Shown in pieces: positions 9,524 to 18,650 of a DNA stretch of 64,000 bases. This DNA is from a virus. How positions within the stretch are numbered: position 1 is the stretch's first letter; the number at the start of each line of letters is the position of its first letter. Location: positions 32,001 to 96,000 of the IMG/VR virus record IMGVR_UViG_3300028829_005098; one strand, 5' to 3'. Made by a program: the position numbers and the translations under genes. A model generated the notes under the pieces. The model made no database searches. It was given only the letters and a program-made list of their open reading frames with translations, and was not told where the DNA came from.

Positions 9524-10393
9524 TTAAGAATTTCTTATTCTAAAAAAGGTATTAACGACTTCATATAAATCGTTAGTATTTCCTAGTAATTCACCTTTAT
9601 TATTTTTTACTAAATAAAAATTATCACTATATAAAATCTCATTTAAACGCACGTCGTTTTTGGTAATTTCAAATTTATATGTATTATTTTCAGTCAATGT
9701 ATAAGTAAAGTTACACTCGTTTTCTTGTAATAAAATTCTAAAATGATTTAAAGTATCCTCACTCAAACTTTCACTTGGAACTTTTTCTGGTAAATCATCA
9801 TGTTTTGTTTTTGCCATTTTCTTTGCGTCATCGTCACCGATATCATTAGCAAGTTTTTTAATCTTAGAATATAAATCAGCATCTATATCAGATTTTTTTA
9901 ATTCACCTGAATTATATGCGTGAACCATTCCAAATAATCTTTGTTGTGATTTAGAGACGGACTTTTCTGAGATACTTTCATTTGCTTCATCTTTCTCTTC
10001 GTCTTCATCTTCCTCTTCTTCGTCTGAGTCGGGATCGTCTGTTGGTGGTTCTTCAGTTTTTGATGCTCCATCTCTAGGACCACCCTCTCCTTTCTCACCT
10101 GCGGGGGTGGGTTTTACTTTGTCAATTTCTGAATCGTGTGTATCATGAATTTCATTTTCATCATCAATACCAAGTTCCATCATGGCAACACCTAGTTTTA
10201 CTTTCTTTAGTAATTTTACTACATCTCTCCAATAATCACCGGATAGTTTTTTTCCTTCCTCTGTTTTATGAACAGACGAAATTGACTGACTGAGTTTTTT
10301 AAGCAGGTGTTTGTATTCTTCTATATATGGATCAGCAGACTCTTTAATTTCAGAGTCTGTCGTATCGCAGGTGCCACATCCACATTCGCACAT
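9524..10393 (-). CDS. Modular hypothetical head-cluster protein
   Basis: Cys-rich N-terminus (CECGCGTC), acidic linker, then ISE followed by the basic module KSVSKSQQRLFGMVHA...KTKHDDLPEKVP that I recognise from T4-like phage head regions. Confidence 0.7.
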   Translation of the reverse strand: MCECGCGTCDTTDSEIKESADPYIEEYKHLLKKLSQSISSVHKTEEGKKLSGDYWRDVVKLLKKVKLGVAMMELGIDDENEIHDTHDSEIDKVKPTPAGEKGEGGPRDGASKTEEPPTDDPDSDEEEEDEDEEKDEANESISEKSVSKSQQRLFGMVHAYNSGELKKSDIDADLYSKIKKLANDIGDDDAKKMAKTKHDDLPEKVPSESLSEDTLNHFRILLQENECNFTYTLTENNTYKFEITKNDVRLNEILYSDNFYLVKNNKGELLGNTNDLYEVVNTFFRIRNS

Positions 10394-10395
10394 AA

Positions 10396-10782
10396 TTAGT
10401 TGCTCAGTTTATTACCCAAATCTGCTACACTTTTTACAATAGATACAAGATGGTCACTTATATTTTGCTTTGTTATATGTACATCGTTGTTTGTATTTTT
10501 TGCACAAGCACTTGTATTAAAATTAAAATTATAGGAATACTCGTGTGTCTTTTCATTTTTTTGAACTTTTACTGACACTTCAATATCATCAACTTTAGTT
10601 GATAACGAAATAGAATTACCCGTTGCAGTCCAATTATCACCAAACTTTTTTTGTAAAGCATTTCCCTTTCCGGCAGAAACTATTTTTTTCTGTTTGCTTT
10701 TTCTTGCTCTTGCAGCCTCCATTGCTTCTGAGATTTTAATTGAATTTCCAGATACTACATCTAATTTTACACAATCTTTCAT
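10396..10782 (-). CDS. Hypothetical protein
   Basis: Tightly packed 128-aa ORF in the head cluster. Confidence 0.65.
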   Translation of the reverse strand: MKDCVKLDVVSGNSIKISEAMEAARARKSKQKKIVSAGKGNALQKKFGDNWTATGNSISLSTKVDDIEVSVKVQKNEKTHEYSYNFNFNTSACAKNTNNDVHITKQNISDHLVSIVKSVADLGNKLSN

Positions 10783-10789
10783 AATTTTT

Positions 10790-11269
10790 TTACCTTAGTT
10801 CTTTTATTTTTCTTGAGATGTTTTTTAATTTTTCATCAATCTTTAGCAAATGCTTACTTGTTGTTTTCCACATTTTACTAGTATGTACTTTTGATTCACC
10901 TTTATACCTAGACGATACATTCAAAAGTTTATCTATTTCAGATACTAATTTTCTAATTTCTCGCACTGCAACACCAACCTTTTGCTCGGGTAGTAAATCA
11001 GGATGATCACGAAATATATGATATAAACTTTTTCCTTCGTTTAATTTTATAGTATTTGATTTTTCATTTTCAGTTGTTTTATAGTCAAATACTTCTGCTC
11101 TTTTTTTCTCTCTATCTTTATGAGATTTGTTCTTTTTACTAAAAGCATGAGGTGTTGAATAACCTTGAACGTTTGCAGTTACATTTATCTCTGAAATTTC
11201 GTCTTCATCAAGACACTCTTCGAATATAGACTTTATTAAATCTTTTAACTCACTTTTCTTTATTTGCAT
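10790..11269 (-). CDS. Hypothetical head-cluster protein
   Basis: MQIKKSELKDLIKSIFEE leader, ISE, GYSTPHAF motif, LNE. Confidence 0.75.
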   Translation of the reverse strand: MQIKKSELKDLIKSIFEECLDEDEISEINVTANVQGYSTPHAFSKKNKSHKDREKKRAEVFDYKTTENEKSNTIKLNEGKSLYHIFRDHPDLLPEQKVGVAVREIRKLVSEIDKLLNVSSRYKGESKVHTSKMWKTTSKHLLKIDEKLKNISRKIKELR

Positions 11270-12119
11270 GACTCTTTAACTCCTTCAACAATTCATAACT
11301 CATTAGCAAGGTTGTTACTTGTGAATCTCTTACAACTTTTCCTTCAGTTGTTTTATCAAGTTGTGTTATTACTTCTTTCAACTTAATTTTTACCACATCG
11401 TCACTTACTATTTCTATGAACTTTTCGATTTCTTCTTTTATCAAAGGAACTTGTTTATTAACATATTCACGCAAACTATTTGTATTTGAAATATTATTTA
11501 TATAATTCTTTAAAAGTGTTTGTTGAGCATCGTCTAAATTACTATACTTTTTATTAAAAGAGTCTACCAACAAACGATATGTAATTAATCTTAAATCTTC
11601 GTTTTGCTTTTCATACTCATTTACCGCAACCACTTCATTTTTATCATTAGAGTGAGAAACTAAATTTTGAATTATTGTATTTTTTGACTCGTATATTTCT
11701 TTTGGATCGCAATATACCAAAGGATTGCGACTTTCAAATAACTTAAAAATACTAGCATAAGTTTTATAGTTTTTAATTTTTGCACGAAACAAATCGTTAA
11801 TTGAATAAGTTTCTTTTATATCTTTTACTAAATCATACCGTGCCTCGGCAAGTTTCTTAGCAGATAATTTTTGATGGTTTGTTTTTACAACATCAAGTAA
11901 TGACTCTGCTTTAGTTGAATCTGTTACTGATTCTTCAATCAACAACTGATATAATCTTTGTTCTTTGCCAAGACAAGTGTTTTCACAAAAATGCTTTTTT
12001 AGAAGTTTGTTTGCAGGTGTATCTTGTTTACCATCAAGTACATCAGCAGTAATCTGCCTAACCAGCAACTCGAATAATATTCCAGTATTTTTGTATTTTG
12101 TGTGTTTTAGTTTTTTCAC
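11250..12119 (-). CDS. Portal-adjacent hypothetical head protein
   Basis: GTG start, KHTKYKNTGILFELLVRQIT; helical; preceded by tandem ATATTTAT motifs. Confidence 0.8.
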   Translation of the reverse strand: MKKLKHTKYKNTGILFELLVRQITADVLDGKQDTPANKLLKKHFCENTCLGKEQRLYQLLIEESVTDSTKAESLLDVVKTNHQKLSAKKLAEARYDLVKDIKETYSINDLFRAKIKNYKTYASIFKLFESRNPLVYCDPKEIYESKNTIIQNLVSHSNDKNEVVAVNEYEKQNEDLRLITYRLLVDSFNKKYSNLDDAQQTLLKNYINNISNTNSLREYVNKQVPLIKEEIEKFIEIVSDDVVKIKLKEVITQLDKTTEGKVVRDSQVTTLLMSYELLKELKSHANKEK

Positions 12120-12149
12120 ATCGATGCCTAAATTATCATATATATGAGT

Positions 12150-12163
12150 ATAAATATAAATAT
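12150..12163 (-). promoter_or_regulatory. Two overlapping ATATTTAT candidate late promoters
   Basis: 12150-12157 and 12156-12163. Confidence 0.55.
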
Positions 12164-12186
12164 AAAAGAGATTTTAATAAAATATT

Positions 12187-14025
12187 TTAATTTTGTTTGT
12201 TATTGGTTGTAGATTCCGTTATATGTTTCTCATCAGAATCTTTGTTTTCTTCACACAATAACTTTGACATTTCATTATCAGTTTTGCGTTTTTTTCCAAG
12301 AAAATCATCTAGTTTCTTTAAATCAGATTCTAATTTTAATGGAGAATCACCCCAATCACGACCATCAACTCTTCTTTCGTCTGCACCTAGTCTATCACGA
12401 CCCATTGGTTTTTCATCAGGATGATCGTACTTTTTATTCGCATTTTTTCGTTTCTTTTCTTCTTTTTTTCTATCTTTGATTCTTTGTTGATGCTCTTCAT
12501 CTGTTTCGTTTTCAAACTTACCAAATCCCCAACTTTCATCATCACCTAGTTCTTCACCATCTTCCTGTGAGGGATTTGCGGGATCATTTCCTTCGTTTTG
12601 AATACTTTCTAATCTAAAGAACTCTTTGGCATCATCTACAAAGTTATTTCGTATTTCATTAACTTCATCTTCAGGTAATCCAAATATTTTATCATAAACC
12701 CATTCTTTAGAGAACATTTTAGCATCTATCATATCACGTGCAGTATTTAATTTTTCGGAAAGAATTCTAACTCGTTCTTCTTCAAATATAGTAGATGGAT
12801 TTGTTAATTGTAAACTAAAATCAACCAACTTAGCATCAGTATAACCTTGTGAATATAAATGAACAACTGCGATCTTGGTTAATTCACTTATCATTATTCT
12901 TTGTAATCTTTCAATAGTTCTAGCAAATCTAATATCTTCGGCTGCGAGTGTTGCTTTACCTGTTATACTTTCATCATATCCAAGAAATGCTTTAGGAACT
13001 TTAAGTGCGGCCATCATTTTGTTTTTAACATACTCAATATCCTCAGTTCCATCGTAAGTCATTGCACCAAGATTTTCAATACGAGTACCACTATCTCCAC
13101 CACGAACAGGCATGAAGAAATCTTCAGTCATGTTTTGTAGATTGAATTTAAGATTATAGTCCCCTGTTTTTTCATCTACAAACGGAACTTTTTTCATTTT
13201 AGTCATAACTTTTTGCATAAAGTTATCAACCTCATTCGGTGGAATATTACCAATATCAATATAAAACATTCTTTTTTCAGGTGCTCGCATGATTCTGTGA
13301 ATAAGCATAGCATCTTCCATCAGTTGAAGTTGTTTCCATGTTCTGCGGGCAGGTTCTATCATACTTTTCCCATATGGAAGATAATTGGTATCACCAAGCA
13401 TTCTAAAGTGAGCAATTTCATAGTTTTCGTATTGTGCTTTAGTAGAACCTTCTTGTTTGAATACAACTAGATTAGGATTTGCAGGATCCATATCTTCTAT
13501 ACGAATCATTTCGTATGTCGAAACGGGTTTTACATTTAATACACCGTACTCTGGTTCAATTTCTAAATGTAAATAGAAATCTCCATATTTACACATATTG
13601 CGAGTCCATCCCCACAAATTAAACTCTACATTTAATATATCGTAAAATAAATTCTCTAGTATTTTTTTTACATTTGAATCTTTACTTTTAATTTGTAGTA
13701 TTTCTCCAAATTCACTTCGTGTAGTAGATTCATCGGCATAAATATCTAATGCACTTGATATAATTGGATCAGTATCCATTATTTCATAGTCACTAAATAA
13801 TTCAAGTCGTGCAGTTTGAAATCCTAAATTATTAAATCCACTTGCATAATCACTAAATAGTGTATGCATTCTGTCGTATTTATCTCTTGTTTTCTTAGAG
13901 TATTGTAAACGATCTGTATCTACTACTTTAGACTTTTTTCCACCAATATTTCTAACAACTACACCTGTTGAAAATAGTTTCTTTAAACCACTAAATAGTT
14001 TTTGTGTTCTGTTTTGTTCTGCCAT
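12187..14025 (-). CDS. gp20: Portal protein (T4 gp20-like)
   Basis: LQLMEDAMLIHRIMRAPEKRMFYIDIGNIP, EDFFMPVRGG, ALKVPKAFL, EDIRFARTIERLQ. Confidence 0.96.
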   Translation of the reverse strand: MAEQNRTQKLFSGLKKLFSTGVVVRNIGGKKSKVVDTDRLQYSKKTRDKYDRMHTLFSDYASGFNNLGFQTARLELFSDYEIMDTDPIISSALDIYADESTTRSEFGEILQIKSKDSNVKKILENLFYDILNVEFNLWGWTRNMCKYGDFYLHLEIEPEYGVLNVKPVSTYEMIRIEDMDPANPNLVVFKQEGSTKAQYENYEIAHFRMLGDTNYLPYGKSMIEPARRTWKQLQLMEDAMLIHRIMRAPEKRMFYIDIGNIPPNEVDNFMQKVMTKMKKVPFVDEKTGDYNLKFNLQNMTEDFFMPVRGGDSGTRIENLGAMTYDGTEDIEYVKNKMMAALKVPKAFLGYDESITGKATLAAEDIRFARTIERLQRIMISELTKIAVVHLYSQGYTDAKLVDFSLQLTNPSTIFEEERVRILSEKLNTARDMIDAKMFSKEWVYDKIFGLPEDEVNEIRNNFVDDAKEFFRLESIQNEGNDPANPSQEDGEELGDDESWGFGKFENETDEEHQQRIKDRKKEEKKRKNANKKYDHPDEKPMGRDRLGADERRVDGRDWGDSPLKLESDLKKLDDFLGKKRKTDNEMSKLLCEENKDSDEKHITESTTNNKQN

Positions 14026-14054
14026 TGTTTAACCTTTTTAATATGCCAATTTAC

Positions 14055-14083
14055 ATTAAATAATATTTAGTAATATATGTCAA
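14055..14083 (-). promoter_or_regulatory. Sigma70-like promoter TTGACA-N17-TTTAAT
   Basis: Perfect -35 at 14078-14083, TTTAAT at 14055-14060; same pairing recurs at 16988-17016. Confidence 0.45.
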
Positions 14084-14689
14084 TTAAAAATCCGCATCAC
14101 TGGCAGCATTAATTAAATCACCCCCATCAAAGCTTTGAAGGGGTCCTAATGGATTTCTTTGCTTTTCTAATTTATCTATATTTTTTTCACCTGAATATAA
14201 AACATACTCCACCACATCATCTACAATCATAATTAAGCACGAAAACTTCCATCCTGTGATGTGTGTATCTTTTCTGAAATTTAATGCATCTAATAGATAA
14301 CTTCCCTCTCGTTGTTTTACAATTCTTTCAAGATTAACTTCATATGCTTTTAACTTTTCACGTGCAGCCAAACTTGTTATAACTCCCTCAGGTAAATCAA
14401 TATTATTAAATAATGTGTATCGTGAGGGACTATCTAATTTAAACTTTGACATAATATCAAGATAAGTTAATTTTTTTACATTTGCCATATTTTCTAAATC
14501 TATCCCCATATCCAATAAATCTTTATTTGTAGTTTTTCCTAGTTCAATTTTACCTATATCGTTTTCTATTGTATCAAAACTCATATATTTTGATTCAGTA
14601 TAAGTCACAGAACTTGGAAGTAATCTTTTATTATTACATCCACATAAAAGTAAAGCACACAAACAAATTGTTATATTTAATATTTTCAT
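14084..14689 (-). CDS. Lipoprotein of unknown function
   Basis: MK + hydrophobic stretch + lipobox-like LLCGC. Confidence 0.75.
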   Translation of the reverse strand: MKILNITICLCALLLCGCNNKRLLPSSVTYTESKYMSFDTIENDIGKIELGKTTNKDLLDMGIDLENMANVKKLTYLDIMSKFKLDSPSRYTLFNNIDLPEGVITSLAAREKLKAYEVNLERIVKQREGSYLLDALNFRKDTHITGWKFSCLIMIVDDVVEYVLYSGEKNIDKLEKQRNPLGPLQSFDGGDLINAASDADF

Positions 14690-14699
14690 TTTTAATCTC

Positions 14700-16295
14700 C
14701 TATTGTAATAACCAATCTAAACTCTCAGTTCCTCCGTGTGGATTTCTCATTTCATATGGATTACTTGCTAAACCAGAGTTGTGATAGTTTTTTCCTACGT
14801 TCATGTTTGTTGTACTTCCCATATAATCAAATAAACTTTTTTGAGTTTGGACATTTTCATTTCTAAATCTAAGTGCAGTATCACGAACCCACAGAGATAT
14901 ACACAAACTCATTACCAAATCATCATTATATCCTTGCATTGCTTCTGCTCGTTGTCCGTTCCATATAAAAGTAAATAATTCATCCGTTGTTCGTTCTGAT
15001 AAAATGTTAACTTCCTTTTCACGAATATATTGTTCCATTTTACTAATAATAAGTGGACGTGTTTTAATAGATGTTGTGAAACCAGGAACTTGTTTCTTTT
15101 CCATACGATTTAGTTTATTGGTATGTTGTGAAAATTCATCTATATACTGATAATCACGTTGTGTATAATATAAATTGTTGTATCCTTTATCTATAATTTG
15201 TTGCAATACTGCCCAACCTATATTGGCATTTTCCACAACTAATAATGCTCCGTTGAATTCACTTGCCACCGCAACCAAAAGGTTTCCAAAGTCTTTAGTT
15301 TCAATTTCACCTTTAAATTCAGCAACTTGCTTTACATTTTCTACATCAAATACATGAAATGCACTTTTGTCACGTCCATCTCCACGTGCAACATCGGCTG
15401 CTACTACATAATCTTTGTTATGATTGGGATATTCCCATATCCAATATTCTTTATTTGCACCTCGTTTTTCAACAGGTTCTTGTACCATATTTTCTTTATA
15501 CCATTCTAACAAACTTGCATCTACAACAGAACGACCACTGCTAATAAAGTCACAATCACATTCTTGCGCCGCATCTTTTTCACCAAGAACTTTTGTTTGT
15601 AAATCTCTCCACTTTTGATCTCTATCAGGATGCAATGACCAATGCAAATTGATTGGATTAAAGTCATTTGATCCGTCCATAGTACCAACCCAAGTTTTGT
15701 GGAAAAAATTACCGATACCATTTGGAGTAGATAATAGAATAGAACGACCACCCGTTGTAATTGTAGATTGCGATGCAGTCCATATGTCTTCCATGTTTGT
15801 AATAAACGCACACTCGTCCACGATAAGTAAACTCAATGATGACGAACGAGAAGCATCTACACTACTTGAAGCCGCACGAATATTACTTCCGTTTTTAAAA
15901 CGCATACTAAGTTTGTTTTTTTCTGTACACTCATTTCTCAACCAACTTGGTAAATGTTCGGACATATGGGTTACTTTAGTAACAATATTTTTTGCAGTTT
16001 CTTGGTTAATAGCAATACACAAAATAGATTTATCTGTAAAAAAGGTCATTAACCACAATGCATAACCAGATACAAGTGTAGATATACCCATTTGTCTTGC
16101 TTTTAATACAATATTAAATTGTTCGTCACGAAAACTTTCAAGGGTTTTTGATTGAAAATCGTATAATGCAAATGGAATAGTACCCAGTGTAGGGTGTTGA
16201 ATTTTGCAGTATTTTTTCATAAAGTATGAAGGTGACTTCAAACACTCAGCATACTCTTCTTTGATTATTTCTCTTAATGGTTTATTAGTTGCCAT
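14700..16295 (-). CDS. terL: Terminase large subunit (T4 gp17-like)
   Basis: LKARQMGIST Walker A, LLIVDECAFI Walker B, STPNG, nuclease ADVARGDG and NDDLVMS. Confidence 0.96.
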   Translation of the reverse strand: MATNKPLREIIKEEYAECLKSPSYFMKKYCKIQHPTLGTIPFALYDFQSKTLESFRDEQFNIVLKARQMGISTLVSGYALWLMTFFTDKSILCIAINQETAKNIVTKVTHMSEHLPSWLRNECTEKNKLSMRFKNGSNIRAASSSVDASRSSSLSLLIVDECAFITNMEDIWTASQSTITTGGRSILLSTPNGIGNFFHKTWVGTMDGSNDFNPINLHWSLHPDRDQKWRDLQTKVLGEKDAAQECDCDFISSGRSVVDASLLEWYKENMVQEPVEKRGANKEYWIWEYPNHNKDYVVAADVARGDGRDKSAFHVFDVENVKQVAEFKGEIETKDFGNLLVAVASEFNGALLVVENANIGWAVLQQIIDKGYNNLYYTQRDYQYIDEFSQHTNKLNRMEKKQVPGFTTSIKTRPLIISKMEQYIREKEVNILSERTTDELFTFIWNGQRAEAMQGYNDDLVMSLCISLWVRDTALRFRNENVQTQKSLFDYMGSTTNMNVGKNYHNSGLASNPYEMRNPHGGTESLDWLLQ

Positions 16296-16300
16296 CGAGA

Positions 16301-16308
16301 ATAAATAT
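16301..16308 (-). promoter_or_regulatory. Candidate late promoter ATATTTAT, 5 nt before terL ATG
   Basis: ATATTTAT-TCTCG-ATG, no SD. Confidence 0.6.
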
Positions 16309-16354
16309 ATATGTATTTAATTTTCTATAATATAAAAAAGTTTAGAGGTATCGT

Positions 16355-16981
16355 CTAAAATTTTATATTTTCATACTCTAGTAGATCAGTTTCTACTTCA
16401 CGTAATCTTTTTTCAAGTTCTTCTAAATCATTCTCTAGGTCATTTATGACTTTAGATTTATCAGGAAGAGTCCATTGTTCTAATGTACCATTTTCATTTA
16501 AGAACTCAGGATCATCGTTTATATACTTTTTAGATTCGACAAGTTTTGTACGTGTTTCAAATAAAAAACTTCGTTCGTTTTCAAGCATAGTCTTTTTTTC
16601 ATATGCTTCGTATTTACCTTCATCTTTTAATTTTTGTTCATATTCATAAACACAATCAAAACACATACCTTTTTTTGCAAGCATTTTTTTATCAAGATAT
16701 TTGCTTGGGTCACAGGTACAAACCTCTTTAGGACAATTTGGTGCTTCTCGTAGACTTTTACGAACTTTATCAAAAAGAGTTTCAGTTCTTACTTTTGTAT
16801 TATCTCCGATTTGCTTCCACTCTTTACCATCGGAGTCTGTCCAAATTTCACCGATTTCTTTTTTTTCGTATTTATTGTTTTCTCCTTCGTATCCATGTAC
16901 TTTAGGAATTTCTTCACCTTTAAATAATTTACGAGAACGTTTAATAACGTACTTCAGATCGTCTTTATCCATTTTTGCCAT
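16355..16981 (-). CDS. Hypothetical protein with Cys clusters and C-terminal coiled coil
   Basis: GEIWTDSDGKEWKQ, CPKEVCTC, CFDC. Confidence 0.75.
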   Translation of the reverse strand: MAKMDKDDLKYVIKRSRKLFKGEEIPKVHGYEGENNKYEKKEIGEIWTDSDGKEWKQIGDNTKVRTETLFDKVRKSLREAPNCPKEVCTCDPSKYLDKKMLAKKGMCFDCVYEYEQKLKDEGKYEAYEKKTMLENERSFLFETRTKLVESKKYINDDPEFLNENGTLEQWTLPDKSKVINDLENDLEELEKRLREVETDLLEYENIKF

Positions 16982-16987
16982 GAGTTT

Positions 16988-17016
16988 ATTAAAACACTAT
17001 TATACTATTTTGTCAA
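16988..17016 (-). promoter_or_regulatory. Sigma70-like promoter TTGACA-N17-TTTAAT, 6 nt before ATG
   Basis: -35 at 17011-17016, -10 at 16988-16993; an alternative TATAAT lies at 16999-17004. Confidence 0.5.
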
Positions 17017-17412
17017 AAGGAAATTAAACTTTTTTATGGATTCTTTTAAAAAACAATTTATCAAAAAGTTATGATATTGTTTTCTGTATTTTTCTTTTTG
17101 TTTTTCTGTAATATCTCTTTTTAAAAATGATAGTTCGTTTGAGCATATTTCTTCATCGTAAATATCATATTCTAATATTGAAAATATTTGTTTCAACGAC
17201 AGATGAGTTTCGTAGTAGTTATATGAATTTCGTATTATTAACTGAATATACTTTGAACGTTCTCGTATTTCTTCTATAAATTCTCTGTCAAGATAGGGAA
17301 TTTTTTGTGGAAGAGTTGCACGATGTGATGTATTAAATAATACAATAACTTCATTTAATACGTCATAAACTTCTTGTGCAGTTAAATAAAGATTTCCATT
17401 TAATTTAATCAT
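17005..17412 (-). CDS. Hypothetical protein
   Basis: 135-aa ORF overlapping the upstream stop. Confidence 0.6.
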   Translation of the reverse strand: MIKLNGNLYLTAQEVYDVLNEVIVLFNTSHRATLPQKIPYLDREFIEEIRERSKYIQLIIRNSYNYYETHLSLKQIFSILEYDIYDEEICSNELSFLKRDITEKQKEKYRKQYHNFLINCFLKESIKKFNFLLTK

Positions 17413-18649
17413 TATTGTTTTTAAACTTTTTTCTATCGTAGACTTTTTTACTTTTCATAGGTCTACTACTAGGAAGTGTAGGTTTGCGAATCTTTTTATA
17501 TGCATCCATTTTTGATATAAGTTTATTTCTTTTAGATTCCGACAATTTTTTAATTTTGTGAACAAGCATTTTTATATACTCCTTTTTGCTTCCTCTTCCT
17601 TTGAAGTATGAACTTTTATCACTTAACATTTTTGCAATATCAAGCATTCCTTGTAAGTCTTTTAAATTATCTTCTTTTTCTTTATCTTCCATTTTTAAAT
17701 CCTCGTCAATAGGTCCGTCTATTTTGGTAAATTCTACATAATAATTTCCATCACTATCTTGTATTATTTTACCACCAACTTCTTTTGAATGCTTTTTAGC
17801 ATCTTCTTTATTTTTAAATTTCAAAGGTTCTATATTACCATTTTTATTTGTACCAGATAAATTTGCTTCACCACCACCTACATTATGTTTACTTATATTA
17901 AACTCTTCGGTAAAAAATCTATTTTTATTTAGTGGTGATAAAGCCGCACTCGTTCCAATAGTAACTAAACGATTATATCTTATAAGTTGATCTATAATAG
18001 AAACAATGTTATTCATAAAAGGTTTTTTTTCAAGTTCAGGTATTTCTTTTTCTATATTACGAATTGTTTGTTGTAAATGACCTTTACCGAATTTTTCGTC
18101 TTTTATCATTTTTAGTATACCCGGATACTTTCGCTTTATTAGTTCGTATGTTTTCTTGACATTAAATTTTGTTTCACGTGAGTTAAACTTATCATGTACC
18201 ACTTTTGCAAGAGTTGTAGTTATCCCCACCACACCACCAACTGCAGCCACAATAGACGCAATCGTTAATGGATCAACCGATTCATTTATATTTACTTCTT
18301 TATCCGAACTGTTTCTTATTTTTGCTACCCTTGCTTTTTCCTTCTTCTTAACTGCGGGTAGCATTCGTTTTGCTAATTTAGCAACTAAACCTTTTTTATT
18401 TGCAAGTTTCTTATCGATCAATTCTTTCTGACCTACACTTAAATCTTTATAGGACTTTCCACCTGCCATCTTTTTTACTATTAGTGTTTTGGCAGCCTTC
18501 TCAGCAGATGCTTTTAACTTTGCAGGACTTTTCATTCTTTTGGCAAATAACTTTTTCTTGGCTGCTCGTTTTTTTGCAGTTCTTCTTGCGGCCTGAGAAA
18601 GTTTGCGTCTTGCGATTCTTGATAATTTTCTTTCTGCTTGGTCTTCCAT
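17405..18649 (-). CDS. Modular basic protein, probably head-internal
   Basis: Very Lys/Arg/Ala-rich N-terminal module, then INE, a hydrophobic segment, and further modules after FTE, IDE and LSE. Confidence 0.7.
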   Translation of the reverse strand: MEDQAERKLSRIARRKLSQAARRTAKKRAAKKKLFAKRMKSPAKLKASAEKAAKTLIVKKMAGGKSYKDLSVGQKELIDKKLANKKGLVAKLAKRMLPAVKKKEKARVAKIRNSSDKEVNINESVDPLTIASIVAAVGGVVGITTTLAKVVHDKFNSRETKFNVKKTYELIKRKYPGILKMIKDEKFGKGHLQQTIRNIEKEIPELEKKPFMNNIVSIIDQLIRYNRLVTIGTSAALSPLNKNRFFTEEFNISKHNVGGGEANLSGTNKNGNIEPLKFKNKEDAKKHSKEVGGKIIQDSDGNYYVEFTKIDGPIDEDLKMEDKEKEDNLKDLQGMLDIAKMLSDKSSYFKGRGSKKEYIKMLVHKIKKLSESKRNKLISKMDAYKKIRKPTLPSSRPMKSKKVYDRKKFKNNND

Positions 18650-18650
18650 A

